DNA of 64,000 bases from Malacoraja senta (lineage: Eukaryota), in contig CM075989.1 of the NCBI GenBank assembly GCA_038087875.1, positions 10,170,001 to 10,234,000 on the forward strand, given 5' to 3'. The notes beneath the pieces were generated by a model. The model ran no database searches, had not been told where the DNA came from, and was given only the letters and a program-made list of their open reading frames with translations. Made by a program: the position numbers and the translations under genes. Numbering within the stretch: the first letter of the stretch is position 1; the number at the start of each line of letters is the position of its first letter. Positions 11,611 through 24,873 of the stretch are shown piece by piece.

Positions 11611-12849
11611 TAAGGTACATCCTTTTATTCTGAAATTTTGCCCTTTGGTCCTAGACTCCATCCCTACTGGAAATATCCTATCCACATCCATTCTATCTAG
11701 GCCTTTCGTTATTCATTAGGTTTCCATGAGATCCGCCCCATATCGTTCTAAACTCCACGAGTACAGGCCAAAGCCATAAAATGCTCCTCGTACATTAATG
11801 CAATCATGCTCGGGATCATTCTCGTGAACCTCCTCTGCACCCTCTCTAATGACGGCACTTCCTTCCCCAGATATGGGGCTCCAAACTGCTCACAATACTT
11901 CAAATGTAGTCTGATCAGCGATGTACAAAGCCTCAGCATAACATCCATGCTTTTATATTCCAGTCCTCTCAAAATGAATGCTAACTTTGCATTTGCCTTC
12001 CTTACCACCAACTCAATCTGCAAATTAACCTTTAGGGAATCCTGCACCAGCACTCCCAAGTCCATTTGCATCTCCGATGTCTGAATCCTCCCCCCATTTC
12101 TGGGGAGAAGTCAGTGGTCCAAAACTCTTGCTGGTTTCTCTTTCCACAGATGCTGCTTGGCTGGCTGAGTACTTCAGCATTTCTCTTTTGGTTGTGAATA
12201 ATAAGTATGACCTTAAAGATGCTACTCTATAAAGCTCGTGCCATGTGACTACCCGCCCACTAGGCTGTGACATGAGAGTTCCAAGGGCAGTGTGTCAGAG
12301 ATGTTTGAGCTCTTTGCATCTCGTGTCTACAAGGCTGTGCATTCTGCAAAGGACTTATTAAGAAACCACTGGGCACATATTTTACACTGGAGATGAGCAC
12401 GAGATGGTGGTGAGTCCAACTGGCATAAATAATAACAGCTCCCTCAAGGACTTTGAGTGACTACTTAGCAGCTAGAATTTGAGAAGCTCAAGATTTATCT
12501 CAGTAAGTCTGAGGCTCAGGTCTCAACAGGAGGGAAACAAGGAAGCACCAGAAACATGTGTTGTGAATGAAAGACCATGGCAAGAAACTCAATGGAATCT
12601 CACACATTGGGAACCTTGATAGTTGCTTCGTTATTCCAAGATGCAACAGCAGAACATAATGGTCAAGCAGAATTCATCATAAAATCCATTGAATAATGGT
12701 GTGTTTAGTCCAGAGCATTACTCGTGGATATCTGGTGTTGAAGAAGTAGAAAAGAGAATACATTTCAGGTCTAGAGCAGATAAAGGCGAACGCTGTAAAA
12801 TCTTATCTTTACATTTCTTCTCAAACTCATGACTTCTGCCAAGTGGGAG

Positions 12850-13070
12850 GACAAAGACAGCAGGTTCATAGGAACACCCCCTCCAAATCTCACATCATCC
12901 TTACACTGGAAATACAATGACGCTCATTTGTCCCCACTGGGTACAAATCCTAAAATCCCTTCCCGAGCAGCACAGTGAGAGCACCTTCACAACATGGACT
13001 TCAGCGGTTCCAGATGGCCACTCACACCAACCTTTTTAGGGACTAAATTAAGTACAGGCAACAAATGTGG
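12850..13070 (+). mobile_element. Old CR1-type LINE 3' fragment
   Basis: CCCTCCAAATCTCACATCATCC..CTGGAAATA..CATGGACTTCAGCGGTTC..CACTCACACCAACCTT, degenerate. Confidence 0.55.
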
Positions 13071-13225
13071 ATACAAGGAACTGCAGATACTGGTTTACAA
13101 AAAAAGACATAAAGTGCTGGAGTAATTCAGTCGGTCAGGCCGCAAGGGTCCTGGCCTGAAGCATCACCTATCCATGATCATCAGTGATGCTACTTGACTC
13201 GCTGAGTTACTCCAGATTTCTCACG
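13065..13225. mobile_element. Penelope-terminus fold-back element
   Basis: ACAAGGAACTGCAGAT..GTGCTGGAGTAATTCAG..GCTGAGTTACTCCAG inverted arms. Confidence 0.7.
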
Positions 13226-13559
13226 GGCAATACGCCAGTCTTTTCTCACGGGCAATAAACATTGGCCTTGCCAGCAGCTCCCACATTCCATACCGGAGAG
13301 AACATTTTCCCATCGCTCTCTGCGCTGACTGGAATGTGGCAAATTTGTACTGAATTCAGAACAGATTGTTATGGTGGATTCCTCTGATCCATTTTGCAAA
13401 GCTGAGAAACCTAGTTGGAGGGTTTGCAGTGCATCTAAAAAAAACATTGAAAACAAAGTTGAAGAGGAAGAAGATGGCAATCCGATGACCGTAAAAACAT
13501 CTTTTAATTGTCCGTGCTGTAGATTGAATGAGATAGTGTAATGAGATGAGAATGGTTAC

Positions 13560-14998
13560 AGTGCTGAGGAGGAGGTTTTCCTGTAATGTATACGGGATAG
13601 TTTTCTAAGCCAATATGTAGAGCAACCGACTAGAGGGCAGGCCATTTTAGACAGGGTATTGTGTAATAAAGAAGGATTAGTTAGCGATCTTGTTGTGTTA
13701 GGCCCCTTGGGTACCAGTGACCATAATATGGTGGAATTCTGCATTAGGATGGAGATTGACATGGTTAATTCAGAGACAAGGGGCCTGAACTTGAATAAAG
13801 GAGACTTTGAAGGTATGAGACGGGAATTGGCTAGGATAGACTGGCAAATTATACTTAAAGGGTTGACAGTGGAGATGCAATGGTGAAGATTTAAAGACCG
13901 CATGGATGAACTCCAGAAATTGTTCATCCCTTCATCCCTGTGTGGCGAAAAAATAAAACTGGGAAGGCGACTCAACCGTGGCTGATGAGGGAAGTCAAGG
14001 ATAGTGTTAAAGCCAAGGAAGAGGCATATCAATTGGCCAGAAGAAGCAGCAAACCAGAGGACTGAGAGAAATTTAGAACACAACAGAGGAAGACAAAAGG
14101 GTTAATAAGAGGGGGGGGAAAGAGCATGAAAGAAAGCTTGCAGGGAATATAAAAATGGACTGTAAAAGTTTCTGTAGGTATGTTAAAAGGAAAAGATTAG
14201 TGAAGACAAATGGAGGTCCCTTACAGTCAGAAACAGGTGAATTTATAATGGGTAACAAGGAAATGGCAGAACAGTTAAACAAGTACTTTTGTTCTGTCTT
14301 CACTGAGGAAGACACAAACAATCTCCCGGAAATACTAGGGGACCGAGGATCCAGTGGGAGGGAGGAACTGAAGGGAATCAACATTAGTCAGAAAATGGTG
14401 TTAGATAAACTGTTGGGAATGAAGGCAGATAAATCCCCAGGGCCTGATGGTCTGTATCCCAGAGTACTCAAGGAGGTGGCCCTAGAAATCATGGATGCAT
14501 TGGTGATCATTTTTTAATGTTCTCTCGACTCTGGATCAGTTGCTGTAGACTGGAGGGTAGCCAATATAACTCCACTTTTAAAAAAAAGGAGGGAGAGAGA
14601 AAACAGGGAATTATAGACCAGTTAGCCTTACATCGGTAGTGGGGAAGACGCTGGAGTCGATTATTAAAGATGTTATAGCAGCGCATTTTGAAAGTAGTTA
14701 CAGGATCGGTCAAAGTCAGCATGGATTTATGAAGGGGAAATCATGCTTGACTAATCTTTTGGAATTTTTTGAGGATGTAACGTAGAATGGATAAGGGAGA
14801 GTCAGTGGATGTGGTGTATCTGGACTTTCACAAAGCCTTTGACAAGGTCCCACACAAGAGATTAGTGTGCAAAATTAGAGCACATGGTATTGAGGGTAGT
14901 GTATTGACATGGATAGAGAACTGGTTGGCAGACAGGAAGCAAAGAGTAGGAATTGATGGGTCCTTTTTAGAATGGCAGGCAGTGACTAGTGGGGTACC
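13560..14998 (+). mobile_element. CR1/HER1 LINE internal ORF2 fragment (EN end to RT start), disrupted
   Basis: PLGTSDHNMVEF, KSPGPDGLYPRVLKE, VDVVYLDFHKAFDKVPH, VTSGVP in several frames with stops. Confidence 0.92.
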
Positions 14999-16219
14999 AT
15001 GTGACTCTTGGATAGGCATATGGATTTGCAGGGAATGGAGGGGTATGGATTATGTGTTCGTAGATAAGAGATGTTTGGCAGATATTGTGGGCCGAAGGGC
15101 CTGTTGTTATGCTGTACTGTTCCCTATTCTACAAATGGTCTCCTGTTTCAAATTCCTAGGTTCCAATGAACTTTGCTTCTGAACTCATACAAAGGCAAGT
15201 GGATTCAGTGTCTTTAAGGTGGAGAGGCAGGGCACGTTGGCTGATTTAGTGCCACATTGATGTGTCACAAGTATAACTCTTGCAATGATTTAGATCTGAA
15301 TTATTATAATGCTTTTGCTACTTCTTGCCCCATTAAAATGATTTTTATGTTTTCTGCAACAGTAAAACTGATGCATCAAAATGATCTTAAAATCAATGCA
15401 ACATACTTTTTGCATGTTCTCTTCTTATAGTCAAATCAATTATATTTATATAATACACAAGGGAAAATGATTCTTAGAGTAAATTGTTTGCCTATCAGCA
15501 TACTTTTAACAAGTCTGCAGTTTATGGTTTTTCTATTGACACCTAATTCAAAACTCATCCATCAAATTTCAGTTCAATACTGGCCTTCACAGCCTGTTAT
15601 CCACAAGGGAGGAAAGCTACAATGTTAGACCAATGCAGTTTGCAAGGAGGCCATTCAGCCCATTGTGTCTGTGTTGGTTCTTTGAATGCTATGGCCAAAG
15701 AATCTCCCTCATTGAGTTTTCCAAAGAACAGTACAGTACAGGAGTGGGCCCTTTGGCCCACGTTTGTGCCAAACATGATGCCAAGTTAAACTGATCTCAT
15801 CTGCCAGTACCTGATCCATATCCCTCTATTCCATGTGCGTGGATCCATGTGCCTATCCAAAAGCCTCTTAAACACCACTATCACACCTGCCACCACCACC
15901 ACCCCTGGCAGTGCGTCCCAGTTTTATTCATTTTCATGTATTAAGCAATTGATCTCATTTTGCTTGCAGTTCGTATTTGAACCATTGGTACTTAGCTATT
16001 GAATAGCGTATCACACCAGGCTTGTCACACACAGTCTTGCAGGGATTCCCTGCATAACTCCGGGAGTCAAAACTCAGCTTGGTTTTGGCAGCGATTTTAG
16101 GCATCTGGATTAGAAACCAAAGGGGAAGGAAGTTTTTATTGTAGTAATTTTACTTTAATGTTTGCTTTGTTAAGATGTGTGTTTTTATGTTTTTTGAACA
16201 TTTTAGTATTCATTGTAGA

Positions 16220-16438
16220 AAAGATACAAAATGCTGCAGTAACTCAGCAAGTCAGACAGCATCCCTGGAGAAGATAAATTGGTGACATTTTGGGTCAGGA
16301 TTCATCTTCAGACTTTCACGACTCGATCTGAAACGTCATCTCTCCATGTTCTCCAGAGATGCTGCCTGACCTGCTGAGTTACTCCAGCATTATGTGTCTT
16401 TCCTTGGTAAAACAGCATCTGCAATTCCTTGTTTCTAC
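16220..16438. mobile_element. Penelope-terminus fold-back element
   Basis: ATGCTGCAGTAACTCAGC..CAGCATCCCTGGAGA..CTTCAGACT / GAAACGTCA..TCTCCAGAGATGCTGCCTGACCTGCTGAGTTACTCCAGCAT. Confidence 0.8.
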
Positions 16439-16681
16439 TTCCTGGTTTTAATTGTAGTTGTTAAAAATCTCTGAATATTGGAGACATTCAAAACGTGAAA
16501 TGAAGTAAGAGTTTTGACAGACAATAAAGTCACGTACCCCGACCCCATCCCCACCCCCTACCCACACTGGTTTGTCTTCAGTCAGGGGCGTGAAGGAGGG
16601 GCCTCCAGCCCCCTGATACATCATTGATATCTGAACTCTCCACTGGACTCAAGGAGGAGGGGGGGGGGGAGGAGAGACTAA

Positions 16682-16907
16682 AGGGTCTGTCCCACTTGGG
16701 TGTCATTTGCGTGTCATGCAGGTGGCGCGTAAGGATTTTGAGAATCCCAAAATCATGGGGCACCACGCGCTACCGCGCAACACTGTCTACGCCACCACGC
16801 GCCATGCGCGCGTAATGCACGTGTCACGACACGCGCGCCGTGCGTCGTGACGCGTAAATGATGTCGCGTAAACGACGCGCAAATGACGCCCAAGTGGGAC
16901 AGGCCCT
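16682..16907. mobile_element. PIF/Harbinger-like MITE
   Basis: AGGGTCTGTCCCACTTGGGTGTCATTTGCG / CGCAAATGACGCCCAAGTGGGACAGGCCCT; TAA TSD; CpG-rich core. Confidence 0.85.
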
Positions 16908-17042
16908 TAATGAAATGGGCCCTCTGTGCTCACCTCAGCAAAGCGCACGTGTGTGGACATCCCAGGAGATCCATCTCTTCATCCTCTACTGTGTATACAA
17001 ATTATGTGTTTTGTTGATAATGCATGAAGAGTTCAGACAGAA

Positions 17043-17355
17043 GGGCAGCATGGTGGTGCAGCGAGAGTTGCTGCCTTACAGCATCTGCAGCGCTGGAGAC
17101 CCGGGTTCAATGCCGACGACGGGTGTTGTCTGTACGGAGTTTTACATTCTCCCCGTGACCGCGTGGGTTTTTTCTCCGAGATCTTCGGTTTCCTCCCACA
17201 CTCCAAAGATCTAGAGGCTTGTAGGTTAATTGGCTTGGTATAATTGTAAATTGTCCCTAGTGTGTGTAGGATAGTGTTAGTGCGCCGGGATCGCTGGTCG
17301 GCGCGGTCTCGGAGGGCCGAAGGGCCTGTTTCCGCGCTGTATCTCTAAACTAAAA
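17043..17355 (+). mobile_element. HE1-type V-SINE, full length
   Basis: A/B boxes, V-domain, GGGCCGAAGGGCCTGTTTCCGCGCTGTATCTCTAAACTAAA end. Confidence 0.9.
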
Positions 17356-18242
17356 AATAAGGGAAAGCAATTCTGTCCGAGCTGCTGTAACCACGGAGCA
17401 CAATCTGCTCAAACAAGATTCCATTGTTAGACAACTGTTCAGCTGGCCCTACTTCCCATCGATTCTGCACCGACCATTAACCACCAAGATACATCAACAT
17501 TAACTACTTCAAAAACACTGCCCATGACCACTATCTATTACACATGGCAAGCACCTGTACTGAAATCATTGGCCCACAGTGGTTAATGCAGAGTTAGAAT
17601 CACATTGAGCACAACACTGCAGAAGTTCTGTGCTGGTCTTTAAGCTCCACAGTAGCCTCTCTCCACTACTCAGCATTGCATCTATCAACCCAACCCTCTA
17701 CTGGTATATCTGTGTAGTTTCTACTTAATGACAACTCTGTTATTCACCTCAATCATTTCACAGTCAGACTACTTTGTGGGTACATCTTTTCCCCAGATTT
17801 CCCAATTGGATTTAATAGAGTTATGACCATTGAGTGATAACAAGTTACACCGTGAAACAGGCCATTTGGCCCACTGAATCTATGTTGCCGATCATCCACC
17901 CATTTATGATAATCCAACATTATCTCCCTTTCATCTTTACCCCTCTGTGATTGGATTTAATACACTACACGCACTGAGGCAAATTTACAGTGGTCAATTA
18001 ACCTACCAAGAAAAATGTCTGAATCTGGCTTTAGCTCTATGTCAGAGAGAGCGATGCCTGATAGCGTGGCGATCCTGCCATAGTATGTGGACAGTCCATC
18101 AGGTTTGACCTGCTGTCTCCCACCACTCATTGACTTGCCCTTACATAGGGCAGATTACTAGTTGTATGAGCGACAAAATGTTCCATAAATCGTCTCTGCC
18201 ACCATCTTCACCAGAGGAGGGATAACGTTGGAACGTTCAATA

Positions 18243-18582
18243 TGGGGAGGATGCTTCCAGCAGTGGGAGAGTCTAGGACCAGAGGTCACAGCCTCAGAAT
18301 AAAAGGACGTACCGTAAGAATGGAATTGAGAAGGAATTTCTTTAACCAGAAGGTGGTGAATTTGTGGAATACATTGCCACAAATGGGGTGGAGACCAAGT
18401 TATTGGATATTTTACAAAGCTGAGTTTGCTGGGTTCCTGATCAGTAAGGGTGTCAAAGGTTATGGGGAGAAGCCAGGAGAATGGGGTTGAGAGGGAAAAA
18501 TAGATCTGCCACAATTGAATGGTGGAGCAGACTCGATGGGCCGAATGGCCTAATTCTGCACCTGTGTCTTACGTACTTATGA
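18243..18582 (+). mobile_element. CR1/HER1 LINE 3' fragment
   Basis: GESRTRGHSLRIKGR..RRNFFNQKVVNLWNTLP plus 3' UTR. Confidence 0.85.
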
Positions 18583-19224
18583 CCGTTAATATTTATATAA
18601 GAGAATGGGTTGAGTTTGAATTATTTTATTTTTCATGTCTTTGATAACTTGTTATCTTTTGGAAAGTTGGATATTTATGGTTATTATAAAGATTATGTAA
18701 ATATATCAATGTTTGAAATCCTTCTAAATAGCAATTAAATTGATAATGATGGTGACAATACCTGTGCATTCATCCATTAATGCCTCTATTCTTACTAAGT
18801 CTCTTTCTACCACCCTCTCATCCAACCCAAAGCTGCCCAGACACATCACTCACTAGTGTATTCCATTACAAACCCACAAGCAAATGAATGCGTCATTCCT
18901 GATTTTAAAACAACTTCTTTCAATCAAAATGCATGTTGTTGATATAAAATAAATTGCCAGTTTTATTAGTGTGAGAAAATAGGCTTTAGGAGGGGAAGGT
19001 TCACAATCATTATCAGCAGAAGATGAAAAATACATGCCCTACCTCTAGATCAGTTTGCTAAATGTTGGTGTATAAATGAGAATGTTGCTTTTACCTTTTT
19101 GTACAACATGGCAAGATGCTGGAAAATGGCAAATATTCTGAGGATGTGATGGTCGCTAGTTTTCTTGAGCTGCAGCATTATGCTGATGAAAGTTCTCCCA
19201 AAGGGCAGCTGCACGGGAGTTTGA

Positions 19225-19479
19225 AGGGCCTGTCCCACTTGGCGATTTTTTCGCGGACTGTCGGCATCATTGACTGACGTAGCAGGTCACCGAAAAAGTC
19301 GGGCCGTGATGCGGAGGTGACGCAGCGTGACGACATATTGACACGAGGTGTCTCAAGTGTCAAGACATTTGTTTTTTCGCCGCTGGATTTTGAAATGTTC
19401 AAAATCTTTCGGTGACCCTGAATCGTCAGTCGATGACGCCGGTATTCGCCAAAAAAAATCGCCAAGTGGGACAGGCCCT
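19225..19479. mobile_element. PIF/Harbinger-like MITE
   Basis: AGGGCCTGTCCCACTTGGCGATTTTTT / AAAAAATCGCCAAGTGGGACAGGCCCT; flanks TGA/TCA. Confidence 0.85.
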
Positions 19480-19522
19480 TCAGGGTTTCAATCCAATAGT
19501 GAGGAAGGGACAGTAAGTTAGG

Positions 19523-19698
19523 TGGACACAAGATGCTGGAATAACTCAGCGGGAGAGGCAGCATCTCTGGAGAGAAGGAAAAGGACCCGAAACGTCACCC
19601 ATTCCTTCTCTCCAGAGATGCTGCCTGTCCCGCTGAGTTGCTCCAGCATTTTGTGTCTATCTTTGGGTGCAAAGCAGCATCTGCAGTTCCTTCCTACA
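19523..19698. mobile_element. Penelope-terminus fold-back element
   Basis: GACACAAGATGCTGGAATAACTCAGCGGGA..CTCTGGAGAGAAGGAA / TTCCTTCTCTCCAGAGATGCTGCC..CCAGCATTTTGTGTC. Confidence 0.8.
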
Positions 19699-20359
19699 CG
19701 AAGCAAGTTAGATGGTGCGCAGATCGAAGAGGATCCCTCAGTGATGGTGGCCTTATGCTCTCCATATCCTTCTTGGTGGAGATTACCGGTCATAAGCTGC
19801 AATCAACTCTTGATGACCTGGTTTGATATTTTGTAGCTGGTACACACTTACTGATGAATGTTACGAAGGTGATAGATGAGTTGCTGATAAGTGGGCTGCT
19901 TTGTCCTGGACGACATTATGTTTTTGGAGCAACACTTGACCAGGCAGTTAGAGGATCTTCCATCATGATCCAAACTTATTGAAGATGATGAAGAATACTC
20001 AGTCTCATACATGCTCTTGTAGCCAAAGAAATGTGTGACTGGCCTAGTTATGTTTTTGATATTTCAAATAAAGAGTCATGGAGAGATACAATACTGAAGT
20101 GGATCTTTTGGCCTGATCTACACTGACTATCAGGTATCCTTTTTTACACTGAACCTACCCTATCCATTTAATATCCCCCTCATTCCCACCAACTTTCCTC
20201 AGATTGTACCACTCCATACATACCAGGAGCAATTTACAATGGCCGATTAACCTAGTGACCGACACATCTTTGGAATGTGGAAGGAAACTAGTGCACCCAG
20301 AGGAAATCCATACATTCACAGGGAGAATATGCAAACTTCACATGGACTCTACCAGAGGT

Positions 20360-20710
20360 CATAGTTATACAGTTGTATGGAACTGAAAAAGACCCTTTGG
20401 CCCCATTCATCCTTGCTGAACAACTTGCCTAACTGAGCTGGTCCCACTTGCCTGCACTAGGCCCATATCCCTCCAAACCGTTCTCCAAGAATCTTTTAAA
20501 TGTCATAATTGTAGCAGCCTCTAACTCTTCCTCTGGCAGCTCGTTCCATGTACGCACCACTATCTATGTGAAACGGTTTCCCCTCAAGTCCCTTTTAAAC
20601 CTTTCCCCTCTCACCTTAAGCTTATGTCCTCTAGTTTTAGACTTCTTTATCCTGGAAAAAGACTGTGGCTGGCTATTCACTTTATCTGTGCCCCTTGTCA
20701 TTTATAAACC
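20360..20710 (-). mobile_element. CR1/HER1 LINE 3' fragment, degenerate
   Basis: GGCCCATATCCCTCCAAACC..CTCTGGCAGCTCGTTCCAT..CTTTCCCCTCTCACCTTAA. Confidence 0.7.
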
Positions 20711-20861
20711 ACCAGTCATGGATCAGGGCAGCAGCTTTTAATGACACCCTTGGTGCATTGATGGTGGCGAATTCAGCAATGGGAGGAGGAGATGGTTTCA
20801 TTCTCTCACGTTGGGGATGTTTAGTGGCTGGCACGTGTATAATTTGCCTAGTCCCAGCCAC

Positions 20862-21041
20862 TAGGGACAATTTTACATTTACACCAAGCCAATTGACCTA
20901 CAAACCTGTACGTCTTTGGAGTGTGGGAGGAAACCGAAGATCTCGGAGAAAACCCATGCAGGTCATGGGGAGAACGTACAAACTCCGTATGGATAGCACC
21001 CGAATCCGGGTCTCTGGTGCTGTAAGGCTGCTACGCCACCG
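20862..21041 (-). mobile_element. HE1-type V-SINE, partial
   Basis: CTACAAACCTGTACGTCTTTGGAGTGTGGGAGGAAACCG..GAACGTACAAACTCCGT. Confidence 0.85.
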
Positions 21042-21287
21042 TTCTGATGGATGTGAATAATGTTGCCAGGAACTGCGCAGGCAATCATTGTACAGAATGG
21101 CCCTTTCAATTGAGTACGGGGTAAAGTGGGTTGAGCCCAATGAGGTTCTGGGGGAACCACAAACACTATCTCTCCCTGTCCTTTCAGAAGTGGCTGCCGA
21201 CCTCTTGTTGAAGCTAACGATGATTGCCAAAATGCCTTGACAGAAAAAGGTTAAGGAATTAGACTTACAAATAATTGTTAAGAATTC

Positions 21288-21576
21288 AGGGTGGCACAGT
21301 GGTGCAGCGGTAGAATTGCCACCTTACAGCACCAAGGTTTGATCCTGACTACAGGTGGTGTCCGAGTGGAGTTTGCACGTTCTCCCTGCGACCCGGGTTT
21401 TCTCTGGGTGCATCAGTTTCCCTCAACATTCCTGAGACATGCTGGTTTGCACGTAAATAGGCTTCTGTAATTGTCCCTAGTGTGTAGATTAGTGCTGGTG
21501 TACGGGGTGATTGCTGGTCGGCACAGACTCGGTAGGCCGAAGGGCCTGTTTCAATGCTGAAGTGTAAAGTGTAAAG
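21288..21576 (+). mobile_element. HE1-type V-SINE
   Basis: GGGTGGCACAGTGGTGCAGCGGTAGA head through GGCCGAAGGGCCTGTTTC end. Confidence 0.85.
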
Positions 21577-23639
21577 TATGTGGGATGAGAGAGGAAAGTG
21601 CTGTCAACCAGTACCTTCAGATTGGCACCAACCCACACTGGATTTGTCCTAGTATTCCCTCTCCTAACCATGTGGGAGTGCGTGTACCATATGGTCAAAA
21701 TGGTGGATCGTGGTCACCTTGTCATCAGGAATGGGCAGTCAGCGCTTGCTTGCCTTGTCAATGAAGTCCATGTCCCATTAGGGGAGGAAACAAAATGTCA
21801 TGGAGTCAGCCCGACTAATAAAATATCACCAGAAAACAAGCGAACAGGTTCCTCCCTCCCCCTCTCAGTGTCAGGTTAACCCCAAGTGCGCCCACTCCTC
21901 ACATTGCTTTTTCTTGACCAGTTTCCTTGTGACGTTGCATTTTGGCATTCGACTCGGCGCTCAATCATCTGCCTGACTGTTCTTCCAGCCCTCAGTCTCG
22001 TTCTTAATTGATCATTATTCAGCTCTGTTGGCTCCTTTTAAAAGGATTTTATTCTGCAAAAAAAATCTCTCCCAGTCCCCCATTTAGTGCAGATCCCAGG
22101 CAGATTTGTGATGCATTTAGCCCGTTCAGTCTAGTGACAAAGTCCAGCACCATTTCTGTCAGAATCCTAAATGGGCAAAGTGAGATCACCACTGGTAGCA
22201 GATGGCAGATGTGCAGGCATAGTAAATACTTTTAATTACTGAATAATGTAATTGGGATAACAGGAGGGAAAGGTAGTGCAGATCGCGCTGTGCTGGCTTG
22301 GATCTGTCGCAAAGCCCAATCTGTCTTGAAGGCTGTGTGCGCTTTTTTAATTCTTCAGAGGGCTTTTAAACAGAACACAGAAATATTAATTGCATGCCTC
22401 ATCTGCACATTCATCTTTACAACCATCAAACACGCTCTTTAATTTCAGGGGAATCATTTTAAAATGGGAATCATGCAAATGAGTATTTTAGCTATTCATT
22501 TGTTTTACTGCAAGCAATTTAGAACAAATGACTTACAGCTTTGAATGAATTAAAGCGGAACACACTGGAGACCATTTTAATACACAGCCTTGACATAGAA
22601 ACGACCCTGAATAGCACCATGGAAAATGTTGGCATAGCAACTTTGGGCATTTTTATGCAAATCACTGCATATGTATGACATAAACTCAGTATTTTTTTCC
22701 CCTCCCTTTTAATAATCATCATAAAATTGGTTTCGATATGTTTTAATGCCTCAACGTATCACTTTACATTCATATGCATGAAATTACTTCTCTTAATGCT
22801 AGACATAAAGGGTGAGACTGAAACTAAATAGATTTGTATCATATTTCAGTGATATCCAGTAGTCAAAACGCCTTATCTTCTTGACTCTAAGATACAAGCA
22901 CCATTTTTTCTCGTCACTTTCTCGAAACCTCCTCCTCCTCATCATTCCTTGGACAGTGGTGAGATAATTAAAACACCCCACACTAAATAATTTATTTTAC
23001 ATGTATCTATACTAAAAAAAAGGTGTAATATTTTTCCTTGCACTTTCTCTATAAGAAGAAATCCGAATCATTACTGGTTTGAACGTTGCCATTTCATTAT
23101 AGCATCACAGCCCCAAAATTATAGCAAATGTTTTGGTTGTAATAGTGCCATAAAACAGTCAACTATAGGAACATAAAAATAACCACTTTACAGCACAATA
23201 AAGCAATTTAATTTGTTTACATGTTGCAGTAATACATTAAGGTGAAGAAGTCTTAATCTTCTTTAAGTATTTCTATCCTCTGGCTGTTTGCATCTTTTAT
23301 TGGATATAGTTGTCAGCGGCAGATTGATTATATTGCAATATTCTGACAAATTAAGCATGGTTAAAATGTCTAATTTATTAAATCATTGTCCCGGCTTCAG
23401 CTGGACTGCTTTATGCGCTTTGCTATTTTCCTGCAAATTTAGTGGCACCAAGATTGCACTGAAGACCAGTCCTAGGTTGGAGGAGTGTTAACTCTCTAGA
23501 TAACAGTAATGAACGTAGCAGAACGCATGTTTCATGACAATGGCATCCGAAAAGATTCAGGATGTGTCTGAAACCGAGAGAATAAAGTTGAAGTGATTTA
23601 GCAATGAAATCTCTTCAGTCCAACCACAATCTGTCAGGT

Positions 23640-23915
23640 AAAGCATTCAATTGAGACTGCCTTCTCTATCAGATGGACGTAAAGATCTCTCAGTACTAAT
23701 TGAAGCAAAATCAGCGCCTTTGCCTTCATCATGACCAATATTAATTCTTTGAACAACATTATAAAAGAACAGATTTTCTGGTCATTTACTTGTCTGTTAA
23801 TGTGTCAACTTGCCACTTGCATTTCCTATGTTCCAGTTGTACCTGCTGGACAGTAAAGCACTTTGGAACCCCCTGAGTGCATGAAAGATGCTATAGAAAT
23901 GCACATCCTTGTTTT
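23640..23915 (+). mobile_element. Deu-domain SINE (SacSINE1-like), degenerate
   Basis: CAGATGGACGTAAAGATC..CCAATATT..CAGATTTTCTGGTCATT..GTAAAGCACTTTGG..GAAAGATGCTATAGAAATGCA. Confidence 0.6.
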
Positions 23916-24873
23916 TTCACTCTCAACGACACAACCACCAACTGCCATATAGTTAGCAACTAAATGAGTCTTCCTCTCTTTGGATTGCCACGTTGCAGGA
24001 ACACCTCAGAGATCACTTGAGGTGTGAGCAATGGACACTTTTAAAGTCCATTCACTGATGTTTTACCAACAGATGTTGTGATCATTTGCTACACAGGAAG
24101 ATCGCAGAAATGGGCAGGAACTGAAACTGCAGTTAATTGTTCATGATGTTGTTTGCAGGTAGAATATTGGCCTTGAATGTAGAAGTCCATAATCCTTCAA
24201 CATATCTCAAGACCATTAACATCATTGGAATTCCAATAATGTATCAATTGAAAGCCAGCACGCATAACACAATAATGCCATGCTGGTGAGTAAAGCATAT
24301 TGTATTTATCTCTCGTAGAAACAAGGAACTGAGGATGCTGGCCTACACTAAAGGACACAAAGTGCTGGAGTAACTCAGTGGGTCAGACAGTATCTCTGTA
24401 GAACATGGATAGGTGATATGTTGGATCAGGATCCTTCTTTATTTCTCTCTGCAGCATCCCACCCGTTTCTCTTTATCTCACTCCACTCTTCTCATCTCTC
24501 TCACTGCCAATAGGTATCCATTCCTATTATCTATACAGTCTAGTTGGAGTGATCTAACCTCTGTTACAGGGTGATATCAGCATGGTAATCCATGTGTGGG
24601 GTATGTAGTGTAATGGTGTATTTACATTCTGAGGCCCTAATAGTGGTTGCAACAAAGCTGGTTGTTCATTTCATTACAAAGACATAAAACACAGCAATTG
24701 TCATTATCCTGCTGTCTCTGGAATGTAAGCGGAACTCTGGCCTTCCCAGTCAGGGGGGACATAAATGATCCCGGGACACACCATAAATGAGAAGTACCTT
24801 CCAATATTCCAGTCAATATTTATCTGTAAATCAACATCTCTGAAAGCTGATAGGACATAAACTGCTGGAGTAA

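Larger units (their letters stand above)
10636..12100 (-). mobile_element. CR1/HER1 LINE 3' fragment interrupted by a SINE and an RLE-LINE
   Basis: ORF 11748-12071 (KANAKLAFILRGLEYKS..RVQRRFTRMIP); sequence continues across both inserts. Confidence 0.85.

Noticed and set aside
13355..13540. Open acidic frame after TTCAG (..KNIENKVEEEEDGNP..)
   Set aside because: Weak acceptor, no convincing donor and no recognisable homology.
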